49,805 nt of DNA, taken from Burkholderiales bacterium (lineage in GTDB: Bacteria; Pseudomonadota; Gammaproteobacteria; Burkholderiales; JAEUOS01). The notes below the pieces were generated by a model, which saw only the letters and a program-made list of their open reading frames with translations, searched no databases and was not told the DNA's origin. Made by a program: the position numbers and the translations under genes. The stretch covers positions 1 to 49,805 of the forward strand of contig CANGUJ010000001.1 of assembly GCA_947456845.1 (NCBI GenBank), written 5' to 3'. Below are positions 8,872 to 20,891 of this stretch, in pieces. The stretch's first letter is position 1, and every line of letters begins with the position of its first letter.

Positions 8872-9789
8872 ATGGATTACCGTCGCTTGCAGCTTTTCCT
8901 CGCCGCCGTGCGCCACGGCAGCCTCACCGACGCGGCGGCGGAACTGGAAATCTCCCAGCCGGCGCTTTCCAAGAGCCTCAAGGCGCTGGAGAAGTCGCTC
9001 GGCGTGCGCCTGCTCGAGCGCGGCCGCTATGGCGTGAAACCCACGCCCTATGGCGAGGCGTTGGTGGCGCACGGCAGCACCGTCGAGGCCGAACTGCGCA
9101 ATGCCGAGGCCGAGATCGAGGCCCTGAAGGGCGCCACGCACGGCCATGTGATGGTGGGCTGCGGGCCCACCGAGGCCAACCGCCTGTTGCCGCAGGCCCT
9201 GCTTTCGTTGATGAAGAGCCATCCGGACCTCAGGGTCACGGTGCTCTACGGGCTCAACGAGTCCTTGATGCCGTGGGTCACCAACGGCGAGATCGATTTC
9301 GCCCTCTCGTCGGTGCCGGCGCGTGCGACTAGCGCCGACCTCATCCATGACCCGCTGTTTGCGGAAACCGGGGTGGTGGTCGCGCGCACCGGCCACCCGC
9401 TGGCGCGGCGCAGGAGCATCGCGCCGGCCGACCTGCTGCAGGCGCGCTGGATTCTGCCGCGCCGGCGCGAACTGGAGCGCCTGGCCTTCGACGACATGTT
9501 CCGGGCCCGTGAACTCGACCCGCCTTCGGCGGTCGTCGAAACCACTTCCACCGTGCTCATGAAGTCGGTGGTGATGCAAAGCGACGTGCTCACATTCATC
9601 CCGCGCGAGCTGATCTGGTGGGAGGAAAGGGCCGGTCAGCTGCTCTCGCTCAAGGTCGGCGGGGCGGAATGGGTGCGCAGCGTCGGCATCACGCGCCGCA
9701 GGCGCGGGTCGCTAAGCCCCGCAGGGCGACTGCTGGTCGATGCGCTCAAGTCAACCGCGGCCGCGTTTGGCCGCCGTGCCGGGGCTTAG
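8872..9789 (+). CDS. LysR-family transcriptional regulator
   Basis: Canonical N-terminus MDYRRLQLFLAAVRHGSLTDAAAELEISQPALSKSLKALE (HTH). The gene is divergent from the Rieske dioxygenase operon. Start taken at 8872, with 8848 as an alternative. Confidence 0.9.
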   Translation: MDYRRLQLFLAAVRHGSLTDAAAELEISQPALSKSLKALEKSLGVRLLERGRYGVKPTPYGEALVAHGSTVEAELRNAEAEIEALKGATHGHVMVGCGPTEANRLLPQALLSLMKSHPDLRVTVLYGLNESLMPWVTNGEIDFALSSVPARATSADLIHDPLFAETGVVVARTGHPLARRRSIAPADLLQARWILPRRRELERLAFDDMFRARELDPPSAVVETTSTVLMKSVVMQSDVLTFIPRELIWWEERAGQLLSLKVGGAEWVRSVGITRRRRGSLSPAGRLLVDALKSTAAAFGRRAGA

Positions 9790-9998
9790 CCGACCTCCGC
9801 GATGAAGGCGCCTTCGGCGACCGGTTCGCCCACGGCTACGCCGATGGCCGCGACGATGCCGCTGGCGGGCGCCTCGACCGGGATTTCCATCTTCATGGAT
9901 TCGATGATCACCAGCACGTCTCCGGCGGCGACCATCTGGCCGACAACCACCTCGACCTTCCATACATTTCCTGCAACTTCGGTGCGCACCTTCGCCAT
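9786..9998 (-). CDS. stand-alone biotinyl/lipoyl-carrier domain protein (BCCP-like, 70 aa)
   Basis: Complete biotinyl-domain fold signature with the attachment motif ESMKME (Lys36). There is no carboxylase partner nearby. It lies 36 nt downstream of the methyltransferase gene. Confidence 0.75.
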   Translation of the reverse strand: MAKVRTEVAGNVWKVEVVVGQMVAAGDVLVIIESMKMEIPVEAPASGIVAAIGVAVGEPVAEGAFIAEVG

Positions 9999-10034
9999 GA
10001 TCGGCCTGCCTCCCTCGAAAGCGCGGATTGTCGT

Positions 10035-10787
10035 TCAAATCGGCCACACGCCGGGGGCGGCGGGCGCATGTTGCGCGCGCGTCCCGGCGCCGCTTCCGCC
10101 TCCGCGGCTAAACAGCATCAGCCGCCCCTTGTAGGCGGCTGCCTGCGCTGTCGCCGGGGCGTCCAGGCGCTCCTCCTGCCGTGAGAAGCCGGCGGCGGCC
10201 ATGTGGCGGCTGAACGCAGGGCGGTTGCCGCGGTCCGGGTCGACGATCCAGACCGTCGCATCCGCGCGGGTGTGCCGGGCGATGAACGCGGCCAGCGCGC
10301 CTGCTTCGTCGCGCTCGTAGAGCAGGTCGCTGCCGATGACGACATCGAATCGTCCCGCCACCGCCGCGCGCCGGCGGTCGCAAGCAGCCGTCGGCGGCGC
10401 TCCCCAGTGCCCATGGAGGTAAGGCGGCGGCTGCAGCCGGTTCAATCGTGCATTTTCGACCAGAAACGATTCGGCAAGGGGATGACAATCGCTGGCGGTG
10501 ATGTCCGCGCCGCGGCGCCGGCAGATCAGACTCGCCAGGGCCAGCCCGCAGCCGATCTCGAGAATGCGTTCGCCGGTTGTGACCGGGCGCCGCATCATGC
10601 GGGCCGCGAGTTGCGCGCCGGAGGGCCATGGCAGGCCGAACATCGGCCAGGCTGCCGCGGAGATTCCCAGGCGCGCAGCTTCTCCGAGGGGATCGGAAAA
10701 CTGATCGCGATCCAGAAGCGAACGCACCAGCAGACTCGCCGCGCCCGCGATGGCAATGTGTTCCTGCTTGGTCCGATAGCCGGGCAT
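10035..10787 (-). CDS. class I SAM-dependent methyltransferase (resembles protein-lysine methyltransferase family 16)
   Basis: Motif I ILEIGCGLALASL followed by DITASD, and the post-motif FDVVIGSDLLYE that is typical of Nnt1/METTL21-like enzymes. Confidence 0.7.
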   Translation of the reverse strand: MPGYRTKQEHIAIAGAASLLVRSLLDRDQFSDPLGEAARLGISAAAWPMFGLPWPSGAQLAARMMRRPVTTGERILEIGCGLALASLICRRRGADITASDCHPLAESFLVENARLNRLQPPPYLHGHWGAPPTAACDRRRAAVAGRFDVVIGSDLLYERDEAGALAAFIARHTRADATVWIVDPDRGNRPAFSRHMAAAGFSRQEERLDAPATAQAAAYKGRLMLFSRGGGSGAGTRAQHAPAAPGVWPI

Positions 10788-10934
10788 GGATGTGCTGAGC
10801 CCGGCCGGCGGCTTCTTCTCCTGGATGTGAGGCGCGAGTATGCGCCCAAAGCAGCGCGCTGTGGCCTATGTGTGGAGGCGCACAGACACGTCGCCAAATG
10901 GAGGCCATCCTGCTTCGATTTCAGGAAAGCCGCC

Positions 10935-11519
10935 ATGAACACGAATTCCTTCCTCATCCGCCAAGTCCGCAGGCGCGGCATCGGCCTCTGCGCGGTGTTC
11001 GCCGTGGCCGCCCTGTCGGGCGCATGCTCGCAGCAGCCCGCGGCGCCTGTCGTCGTGGTCAACGACAAGGTCTATGCGCTGGCGCCTGATTCGGCCAAGG
11101 TCGCCGCGGGCATCGTCAGCGGAGAAATCACGAGCATGAAGGTGACCGAGCGCGTCGAGGAGGTGTCTGGCAGGGTTTCTGCGCCGGCCAAGCTCTCCGG
11201 CCGTCTGCTCATCAGGAACACCTCGTCCGATCAGTCGGTGAGCATGCTCGAGGCGAAGATCATGTTCATCGATGCGCAAGGCAAGCCGCTGGCCATGGAG
11301 GACGGTCGCGGCGAGCCGGTCGTGAAAATGGATGCGTCCTATGGTGCCAAGAATCGCCTCGATCCGGGGCAGGACATGACGCAGGTGCTGGATGTGGAAT
11401 TTCCGGTGGCGGCGCTCAAGCCCGGCGTCCTCAAGGAAGTGCGGGTCGCCCTGGTCTACGCGCCGGCGGCCTACAGCAAGGCAAGCCTCAATTTTCCCGT
11501 CGCCCTGGGCGCAAGGTAG
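10935..11519 (+). CDS. hypothetical secreted/lipoprotein
   Basis: Start at MNTNSFL, preceded by AGGAAAG. The signal peptide ends ALSGAC (lipobox-like). The mature part is predicted beta-rich. I recognise no family. Confidence 0.55.
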   Translation: MNTNSFLIRQVRRRGIGLCAVFAVAALSGACSQQPAAPVVVVNDKVYALAPDSAKVAAGIVSGEITSMKVTERVEEVSGRVSAPAKLSGRLLIRNTSSDQSVSMLEAKIMFIDAQGKPLAMEDGRGEPVVKMDASYGAKNRLDPGQDMTQVLDVEFPVAALKPGVLKEVRVALVYAPAAYSKASLNFPVALGAR

Positions 11520-11527
11520 GGCGCGGC

Positions 11528-11845
11528 ATGCTGCCGCAACTGTTTTCCGGGTACGTTGACTGGCCGGCCTGGGCCCTGGTGGTCGCGGCATTGCCGCTCA
11601 CGCATCTCACCATCGTCAGCGTGACGCTCTATCTGCACCGCTGCCAGACCCACCATGCGCTGACCTTGCACCTGGCGCTGAGCCATTGCTTCCGCCTCTG
11701 GCTTTGGCTGACCACCGGTATGCGCTCCCGCGAATCGGTGACGGTGCATCGCCGGCATCATGCGCGGCGCGAAACCGCGCAAGATCCGCACAGCCCGCAG
11801 GTGCTCGGCCTAAACCGGGTGCTGTGGGGCGGCGTCCTGCTGTAG
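11528..11845 (+). pseudogene. truncated N-terminal fragment (~105 of ~390 codons) of an acyl-CoA/fatty-acid desaturase (DesA-like)
   Basis: Contains the first two desaturase histidine boxes in the usual context (THLTIVSVTLYLHRCQTHH, FRLWLWLTT, HRRHHARRETAQDPHSP). It stops at 11845, 10 nt before the 3' end of the convergent ABC gene. The third His box and the C-terminal two-thirds are absent. Confidence 0.7.
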
Positions 11846-11855
11846 GCGGCGCCGC

Positions 11856-13388
11856 TCAGCCGGCGCGGCGGGCAATGCGCCGTTCCGCGAGTGCGAACAG
11901 GGCCTGCGTGGCCAGCGCCAGCGCCGCCGCGGGGAGCGCGCCGGCCAGCAGGGTGGCATGGTCATTGAGCGCGAGCCCGGTGGCGATGCGCTCCCCGAAG
12001 CCGCCCGCGCCGATGAACGCGGCGATGGTGGCCGTGCCGACAGTGGTGACGGCGGCCGTCTTCACCCCCGCCAGGATCACCGGCATGGCCAGCGGCAGTT
12101 CGATCAGTACCAGGCGCTGGCGCGGCCGCAGTCCAAGCGAAAGGGCCGCCTGCCTCAGGCCCGGCGGCACGCCGGCCAAGCCGGTGCAGGTGTTCTGCAC
12201 GATCGGCAGCAGCGCATAGAGCACCAGGGCCACCAGCGCGGGTACGGTGCCGATACCGCCGACGAGCGGGATCAGCATGGCCAGCAGCGCCAGGGAGGGG
12301 ACGGTCTGCAGCAGGCCGGTCGAGGCCAGCACCGGCTGCCTGAGCGCCGGCCGGGCGGCGGCGAGGATGCCGAGCGGCATGCCGAAGGCCACGGCGATGG
12401 CGACCGCCAGGCAGACCAGCGCCGCATGCTGGCGCAGCAATCGCCAGAAATCGCTGCCGAACAACTTGTCGCGGAATGTGGCGCGCCCGCCGCCGCCCGT
12501 GCTGCCGGCGAGGAACTCGGCGGCCACCGCGGCGAAGGCCTTGCCGTCGATTTCGGCCGCTGCGTTCATGGCGATCATCGCCGGCTCGCCGATGCGGCCT
12601 TCGAGTTTCCGGATGGCTTGCCAGGCGGCACTCGCACGCTCGGCCGCATCTAGCCGGTAGACCAGCACGGCGTCGTAGCGCGGGAAGTAGTCCTGGTCGT
12701 CCTGCAGAACGGTAAGTCCGTAGCGGGCGAGCTTGGCGTCGGTGGTGTAGATATCGGTGACATCGATGGAACGCTTCGCCAGCGCCTCGTAGGCCAGGCC
12801 GTGATCGATACCGGTCGGCCGTTGCGGGAGCGCATAGCGGTTGGCGAGCCCTGCCCAGCCATCGGCGCGCCCGAGAAACTCGTGGGACAAGGCAAGCCGC
12901 AGGTCGGGATGCGCCTTGAGCCCGGAGAGCGAGGCCAGATTGCGCCGCCGGGCTTCGTCGCTGCGCATGGCCAGCGCATAGCCGTTGTGGAAACCCAGCG
13001 GGACGGCTACGCCCAGCCCCAGTGGCGCGAGTGCGGCGCGCATCTCGGCCAGACCGGCTGCGGATGGCAGCTTAAGAACCTCGCGCGCTAGAGTGCCGGT
13101 GTATTCCGGATAGAGATCGATGGCGCCGGTCTTGAGCGCCTCGAACACGATGGCGGTGTTCCCCAGGCCCTGGCGGTGGACGACCGTCGCGTGCGGCGCT
13201 GCGGCGCGGGCGACGATTTCGGCCAGGATGTACGACTCGGTGAAGCGCTTCGAGCCGACGGCGAGCGACGGGGCGGCCGAAACCGGCAGACTCAGGAGTA
13301 CCAGCCAGACCGACAGGACGCCGCGCAGCAGACCGATGGCCGCGCTCATCGCGGGCCGGCCGGGATGCATCGCTGCGCCGGCCGGCAT
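11856..13388 (-). CDS. fused osmoprotectant/glycine-betaine-type ABC transporter substrate-binding domain + permease domain
   Basis: The N-terminal half is OpuAC/OsmF-like ([24 protein letters not shown]). The C-terminal half is a BPD permease with an EAA loop ([21 protein letters not shown]). The start is uncertain: 13388, 13370 or 13349, the last giving the cleanest signal peptide. Confidence 0.85.
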   Translation of the reverse strand: MPAGAAMHPGRPAMSAAIGLLRGVLSVWLVLLSLPVSAAPSLAVGSKRFTESYILAEIVARAAAPHATVVHRQGLGNTAIVFEALKTGAIDLYPEYTGTLAREVLKLPSAAGLAEMRAALAPLGLGVAVPLGFHNGYALAMRSDEARRRNLASLSGLKAHPDLRLALSHEFLGRADGWAGLANRYALPQRPTGIDHGLAYEALAKRSIDVTDIYTTDAKLARYGLTVLQDDQDYFPRYDAVLVYRLDAAERASAAWQAIRKLEGRIGEPAMIAMNAAAEIDGKAFAAVAAEFLAGSTGGGGRATFRDKLFGSDFWRLLRQHAALVCLAVAIAVAFGMPLGILAAARPALRQPVLASTGLLQTVPSLALLAMLIPLVGGIGTVPALVALVLYALLPIVQNTCTGLAGVPPGLRQAALSLGLRPRQRLVLIELPLAMPVILAGVKTAAVTTVGTATIAAFIGAGGFGERIATGLALNDHATLLAGALPAAALALATQALFALAERRIARRAG

Positions 13389-13396
13389 GCCGGGGA

Positions 13397-14590
13397 CTAC
13401 TGGAAAGCCTGTATGCCGGTTTGCGCGCGGCCCAGGATCAGCGCATGGATGTCGTGCGTGCCTTCGTAGGTATTGACGACTTCCAGGTTGACCATGTGGC
13501 GGATGATGCCGTACTCGTCGGAGATGCCGTTGCCGCCCAGCATGTCGCGCGCCATGCGCGCGATGTCGAGCGACTTGCCGCAGGAATTGCGCTTCATGAT
13601 GGAGGTGATTTCCACCGCGGCGGTGCCCTCGTCCTTCATGCGGCCCAGGCGCAGGCAGCCCTGCAGGCCGAGGGTGATCTCGGTCTGCATGTCGGCGAGC
13701 TTCTTCTGGATCAGCTGGTTGGCGGCCAGCGGGCGGCCGAACTGCTTGCGGTCGAGCACGTACTGGCGCGCGCGATGCCAGCAGTCCTCGGCCGCGCCCA
13801 GCGCACCCCAGGCAATGCCGTAGCGTGCCGAGTTGAGGCAGGTGAACGGGCCCTTGAGGCCTTCCACATTGGGCAACTCGTTTTCAGCCGGCACGAACAC
13901 CTCGTCCATGACGATCTCGCCGGTGATCGAGGCGCGCAGGCCGAACTTGCCTTCGATCTTGGGTGCCGACAGGCCCTGCATGCCCTTTTCGAGGATGTAG
14001 CCGCGGATGCGGCCTTCGTCGTTCTTGGCCCACACCACGAACACGTCGGCGAACGGCGAATTGGAGATCCACATCTTCGCGCCGGTCACCGAAAAACCGC
14101 CCGGCACGGTCTTGGCGCGGGTGATCATGGAGGCCGGGTCGGAACCGTGGTTCGGCTCGGTCAGACCGAAGCAGCCGATCCACTCGCCGGTGGCAAGCTT
14201 GGGCAGGTATTTGCGGCGCTGCGCTTCCGAGCCGAATTCGTAGATCGGCAGCATCACCAGCGAGGACTGCACGCTCATCATGGAACGATAGCCGGAATCC
14301 ACCCGCTCGACTTCGCGCGCGATCAGGCCGTAGCACACGTAGTTGAGCCCGGGGCCGCCGTACTCGGTGGGAATGGTCGGGCCGAGCAGGCCGATCTCGC
14401 CCATTTCGCGGAAGATCGAGGCATCACCCTTTTCGTGGCGAAACGCCTCGAGGACGCGCGGCTGCAGCTTGGATTGGCAATAGTCGTAGGCCGCTTCGCG
14501 CACCATACGCTCGTCTTCAGTCAACTGCTCGTTCAGGTGCAGCGGATCGTCCCAGGTGAATTGGGCTTTGGATTGTTGCGTGGAGAGCAT
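13397..14590 (-). CDS. gcdH: glutaryl-CoA dehydrogenase
   Basis: 397 aa acyl-CoA dehydrogenase with the characteristic GcdH N-terminus ([29 protein letters not shown]) and C-terminus ([21 protein letters not shown]). Confidence 0.92.
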   Translation of the reverse strand: MLSTQQSKAQFTWDDPLHLNEQLTEDERMVREAAYDYCQSKLQPRVLEAFRHEKGDASIFREMGEIGLLGPTIPTEYGGPGLNYVCYGLIAREVERVDSGYRSMMSVQSSLVMLPIYEFGSEAQRRKYLPKLATGEWIGCFGLTEPNHGSDPASMITRAKTVPGGFSVTGAKMWISNSPFADVFVVWAKNDEGRIRGYILEKGMQGLSAPKIEGKFGLRASITGEIVMDEVFVPAENELPNVEGLKGPFTCLNSARYGIAWGALGAAEDCWHRARQYVLDRKQFGRPLAANQLIQKKLADMQTEITLGLQGCLRLGRMKDEGTAAVEITSIMKRNSCGKSLDIARMARDMLGGNGISDEYGIIRHMVNLEVVNTYEGTHDIHALILGRAQTGIQAFQ

Positions 14591-14666
14591 GTGCGCCTCT
14601 CGAGATATCGGCGTTAAGTGAGCGGGGCATTATATTCGCGCGCTTTGCGTGGTCCGCTAAACGCGA

Positions 14667-15653
14667 TCAGTCGGCGCGGGCGCCTGAGATTTTCACGGCC
14701 CGGGCGTTGCGTGCGCTGTCGGCGGTCAGGAAGCTGGCGAATTCCTCGGGCGTCCCGGCGACCAACTCGTATCCTTTGGCGACGATTTCCCTCTGCATGT
14801 ATTCGGGTTCCCTGAGCAGGCGGGTGACCTCGCCGTGCAGCGCAATCACGATCTCGCGCGGCGTGCCGGCCGGTGCGAACAGCCCGAACCAGGCATTGGC
14901 CGGCACGTCGGGAAAGCCGGATTCGGCGAATGTCGGCACCTCCGGCATGATCGAGAGACGCCGGAGGCCGCCGATGGCGATGGCCTTGAGCTTGCCGGCC
15001 TTGATATGCGCCTGGGTCGAGGCGGCGCCGGAGAAGGTGAGCTGGACCTCGCCCGCGATCGCTGCCGGCACCGCCTGCGGAATGCCCTTGTAGGGCACAT
15101 GCACGATGTCCACCCCGGCCTGGGCCTTGAGGATCTCCATCGCCAGGTGCGGTTGGCTGCCCACCCCATAGGAGGCGTAGTTGAGCCTGCCCGGGTTGGC
15201 CTTGGCATAGGCCAGCAGTTCCTTGAGGTTGCCCACGGGAAGGTTGGCGTTGGCCACCAGCAACTGGTTCAGCAGCACCAATTGCGTGACCGGCACGAAA
15301 TCCTTCACCGGGTCGTAGGGAAGCTTGCTGTACAGATGCGGGTTGATGGTCATGGTGGCATCGGTGGTCACCAGCAGGGTGTGCCCGTCCGGCGCCGCGC
15401 GCGCCACGGATTCGGCGGCGAGCAGCGTGCCCGCGCCCGGCTTGTTTTCCACCACCACCGCCTGGTTGAACTTTTGCGCCAGCCGCTGGGCGATCTGGCG
15501 CGACATGATGTCGATGCCGCCGCCGGCCGGGTAGGGCACGACGATGCGGACGGGCTTGCTCGGGTAGGCCTGGGATGCGGCCGGCGGTGCCGAGGTGGCG
15601 AGCGCGGCGGCGGCGATGCCGACCAGGATGCGAAGCGAGGGGAGGGGGCGCAT
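14667..15653 (-). CDS. Bug-family (TctC-like) tripartite tricarboxylate transporter substrate-binding protein
   Basis: Start at MRPLPSLRILVG (15653) inside the over-long ORF. Hallmark YPSKPVRIVVPYPAGGGIDIMSR...ENKPGAGT. Confidence 0.9.
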   Translation of the reverse strand: MRPLPSLRILVGIAAAALATSAPPAASQAYPSKPVRIVVPYPAGGGIDIMSRQIAQRLAQKFNQAVVVENKPGAGTLLAAESVARAAPDGHTLLVTTDATMTINPHLYSKLPYDPVKDFVPVTQLVLLNQLLVANANLPVGNLKELLAYAKANPGRLNYASYGVGSQPHLAMEILKAQAGVDIVHVPYKGIPQAVPAAIAGEVQLTFSGAASTQAHIKAGKLKAIAIGGLRRLSIMPEVPTFAESGFPDVPANAWFGLFAPAGTPREIVIALHGEVTRLLREPEYMQREIVAKGYELVAGTPEEFASFLTADSARNARAVKISGARAD

Positions 15654-15670
15654 GGCGGATTCTCGGCTTG

Positions 15671-16084
15671 TCAATCGGGGATGACGGCGGTGGCTTCGAT
15701 TTCCACCCGCGCCTCCGGCTCCACCAGGGCGGTCACGCCGAAGGCCGACATGGCCGGGAAGTGGCGTCCGATGATGTCCTTGTAGGCCGCGCCGACCGCA
15801 GGCCAGGCCGCCACATATTCGTCGCGGTCGAGCACGTACCATGTCAGGCGCACCAGGTGCTCGGGCTTGCCGCCGGCTTCGGCCAGGATGGCGACGATGT
15901 TCTGCAGGGCCTGGCGCGTCTGTCCGGCGAAGTCCAGCGCCGGCCACACGCCCTTGCCGCCGGCACCGCTCCTGACCGGGTCCCAGCCGACCTGGCCGCC
16001 GATCATCACCAGGGTGCCGCGCGCTGCAATGCCGTTGGCGTAGCCACGCGGCGTGGCCCATCCGGGCGGTTGCAGGATTTTCAT
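15671..16084 (-). CDS. RidA/YjgF/L-PSP family enamine/imine deaminase-like protein
   Basis: 137 aa from MKILQPPGW with a RidA-like core (GQVGWD...QALQNIVAILAEAGG...VEIEATAV). It lies 17 nt upstream of the Bug gene. Confidence 0.8.
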   Translation of the reverse strand: MKILQPPGWATPRGYANGIAARGTLVMIGGQVGWDPVRSGAGGKGVWPALDFAGQTRQALQNIVAILAEAGGKPEHLVRLTWYVLDRDEYVAAWPAVGAAYKDIIGRHFPAMSAFGVTALVEPEARVEIEATAVIPD

Positions 16085-16124
16085 GTTCGTATCGTTCCTG
16101 TCACAGGGGACTTGCGCATTATGA

Positions 16125-16153
16125 TTGACATCTGAATAGTTTAGACCTAAAGT
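16125..16153 (+). promoter_or_regulatory. candidate sigma70 promoter TTGACA-N17-TAAAGT for the GST/ligase/hydroxylase operon
   Basis: Exact -35 hexamer at 16125-16130, a 17-nt spacer, and a 4/6 match to the -10 at 16148-16153. It lies in an AT-richer divergent region, with GGAGAG about 8 nt before the ATG at 16182. Confidence 0.35.
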
Positions 16154-16181
16154 AATTATCGGACAACCCGGAGAGAAGGAC

Positions 16182-16877
16182 ATGATCATCCTCTATGAAC
16201 TCGGGGCCGCCGGCGGTGCACGCTACAGCGCCTTTTCCTGGCGCACGCGCATGGCGCTCATGCACAAGGGCCTGGCATTCGAGACGCATCCGGTGCGCGT
16301 TGCCGATAAGGCCGCGATCGCCTTTTCGGGCCAGGGCAAGGTGCCCATCATCCGCGACGGCGCGCACGTGATCAGCGACTCCTGGAACATCGCCGAACAT
16401 CTTGAAACCGCCTATCCGGATGCGCCCAGCCTGTTCGGCGGACCGTCGGGGCTGGCCTTGAGCCGGTTCGTCAACGCGGTTGCCGACCGCCAGTTGATGC
16501 CGGCCCTGGCGCCGGCGTGCGCCTTGTCGGTGGCGCGCATGCTCGATGCCGGCGACGCGGCCTACCTGCGTGCGGTCTTCGAGAAGGCCTTCGGCAGGAC
16601 GCTCGAAGAGATGCACGCCGGCCGGGAGGCTTCGGTCAAGGCGTTTAGGCGTGCACTCGACCCGCTGCGCGCCACCCTGCGCCGCCAGGCGTTCCTCGGC
16701 GGCGCCGCGCCGGCCTATGCCGACTACGTCATGATGAGCCCCCTGCAGTGGGCGCGCATCGTCCACGCCGAGCCGGTGCTCGAAGCCGATGACACGATCG
16801 GTGCCTGGTTCGAGCGCATGCTCGATCTTTTCCAGGGCTATGCGCGCGCCGAGCCGGCCCGCGCTGTGCACGGCTGA
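16182..16877 (+). CDS. glutathione S-transferase-like protein
   Basis: 231 aa with an N-terminal thioredoxin-like GST domain (KVPIIRDGAHVISDSWNIAEHLE) and a helical C-terminal domain. It lies 19 nt upstream of the CoA ligase. Confidence 0.7.
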   Translation: MIILYELGAAGGARYSAFSWRTRMALMHKGLAFETHPVRVADKAAIAFSGQGKVPIIRDGAHVISDSWNIAEHLETAYPDAPSLFGGPSGLALSRFVNAVADRQLMPALAPACALSVARMLDAGDAAYLRAVFEKAFGRTLEEMHAGREASVKAFRRALDPLRATLRRQAFLGGAAPAYADYVMMSPLQWARIVHAEPVLEADDTIGAWFERMLDLFQGYARAEPARAVHG

Positions 16878-16896
16878 GACCTGCCGCAACAGGATC

Positions 16897-18510
16897 ATGG
16901 CGCGCCTTGCCATCGACTTCGACCCGATCCGCGGCGCAGCCTACCGGGCGAGCGGTTACTGGAACGACGAAACGCTCGCCGACTGGCTGGAGCGCAACGC
17001 GCGCCTGCGACCTGCGCACCCGGCGCTGCGCCTGGGCGATGCGCTATGGTCCTACCGGCGCCTGCATGCCGAGACCCGGGCCCTCGCGCATGGACTGTCG
17101 TCCATCGGCATCCGGCGCGGCGAGGTGGTCGCCGTGCAACTGCCCAACACGCCGCAATTCGTCCTGGCCTACCTCGCCATCGCCTCACTCGGGGCGGTGA
17201 TGCAGACCCTGCACATGCCTTATCGCGCGGCAGATCTGGAGGTGTTGCTGCGCCACAGCGGCGCGGTCGCCGTGGTGTGCCTCGATGCGGCCAGGGACTA
17301 TCCTGCGGCGGCCACTTTCCTGGAATTGCGAGGCCGCCTGCCGGCCCTACGGGAAATCATCGTCGCAGGCGATACGGTGCCCGAGGGCGCCCATTCCTGG
17401 CGCGCCTTGGCGACCGCAGATGAACCTGTCGATCCGCCCAGGCTGGGTGGCGCCGATCCGTTCCTCCTGCTCTACACCTCGGGCACCACCTCGTCCCCCA
17501 AGGGCGTGCCGCATGCCTACCAGGACTTTCTCGCCAACGCGCGCCTGTCGGCGACCGAGCTTGCGCTGGGGCCGGACGATGTGATCCTGTCGGCGGCACC
17601 CTTCACCCACCTGTATGGCCTTTTCACGGTAAACATGGCGCTGGCCGTGGGTGCGACCATCGCGCTGTTGCCGGCGTTCTCGCCGCCCGCACTGGCGGAA
17701 GCCATCCGCACGCTGCGCCCGACAGCGGCGTTCACCGCGCCCGCGCACATCGCCGCCTGCCTCAACGGCGGGCTGTTCGACGGGCTCGACATGACGTGCC
17801 TGAAGTTCGTGCAGATCTCCGGCAGCGCGGTGCCGCCTGCGCTCGGCCGTGCGCTCGAGCCGCGTCTCGCCGGCGGCAAGGTCATGCAGTTGTGGGGCAT
17901 GACCGAACTGCAGGCGGGGGCGTTCACCCGGCCGGATGACCCCGAGCCGGTGCGCTTGGAGACCACCGGCCGCGCCTCGCCCGGCACCGAATTGCGTGTG
18001 GTCGATGCGCACGGCGTCGCGCTTCCGGCGGGCAGCGAGGGCGAGTTGCAGATGCGCGGCCCGTCGCTCTTCGCGGGTTATCTGGACAATCCCCAGGCGA
18101 CAGGCGACGCCTTCGCCGAAGACGGCTGGTTCCGCACCGGCGACCTGGCTGTCATCGATGCCGGCGGCAACGTCAGGCTGACCGGCCGCGTCAAGGAGAT
18201 CATCAATCGCGGCGGCGTGAAGTTCAATCCGCTCGACGTGGAGACGCTGCTGCTCCGCCATGCGGCGGTGGCCGAGGTTGCGGTCGCGCCCATCCCCGAC
18301 CCGGTGCTGGGCGAGAAGGCCTGCTGCTTCGTGGTCACAAGGCCGGGACAGTCATTCACGTTCGAGGATATGCGGAACTTTCTGGCTGCTGAAGGCGTCG
18401 GCAAGGTCAAGTGGCCGGAGCGCCTCGAAATCGTGGCGGCGATGCCGCTCACGCCCACCCGCAAGATCATCAAGGGCGAACTGGTGCGCCGGTTGCTCGC
18501 CCACAACTGA
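16897..18510 (+). CDS. aryl-acid-CoA ligase (AMP-forming; EntE/DhbE/2-aminobenzoate/salicylate-CoA ligase-like)
   Basis: Start at MARLAIDF (16897). AMP-binding motifs LLYTSGTTSSPKGV, GWFRTGD and PTRKIIK, plus an aryl-acid-type N-terminus (YRASGYWNDETLADWL). Confidence 0.85.
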   Translation: MARLAIDFDPIRGAAYRASGYWNDETLADWLERNARLRPAHPALRLGDALWSYRRLHAETRALAHGLSSIGIRRGEVVAVQLPNTPQFVLAYLAIASLGAVMQTLHMPYRAADLEVLLRHSGAVAVVCLDAARDYPAAATFLELRGRLPALREIIVAGDTVPEGAHSWRALATADEPVDPPRLGGADPFLLLYTSGTTSSPKGVPHAYQDFLANARLSATELALGPDDVILSAAPFTHLYGLFTVNMALAVGATIALLPAFSPPALAEAIRTLRPTAAFTAPAHIAACLNGGLFDGLDMTCLKFVQISGSAVPPALGRALEPRLAGGKVMQLWGMTELQAGAFTRPDDPEPVRLETTGRASPGTELRVVDAHGVALPAGSEGELQMRGPSLFAGYLDNPQATGDAFAEDGWFRTGDLAVIDAGGNVRLTGRVKEIINRGGVKFNPLDVETLLLRHAAVAEVAVAPIPDPVLGEKACCFVVTRPGQSFTFEDMRNFLAAEGVGKVKWPERLEIVAAMPLTPTRKIIKGELVRRLLAHN

Positions 18511-18529
18511 GAAAAAGGCAAACCCCGAA

Positions 18530-20872
<2,343 letters not shown>

Positions 20873-20891
20873 GGCGCCGTCCGCCACGTTC

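Noticed and set aside
15654-16061. 136-codon N-terminal extension of the Bug binding-protein ORF
   Set aside because: It overlaps the RidA gene out of frame and is Arg/Gly-rich. A canonical signal peptide starts at MRPLPSLRILVG (15653).
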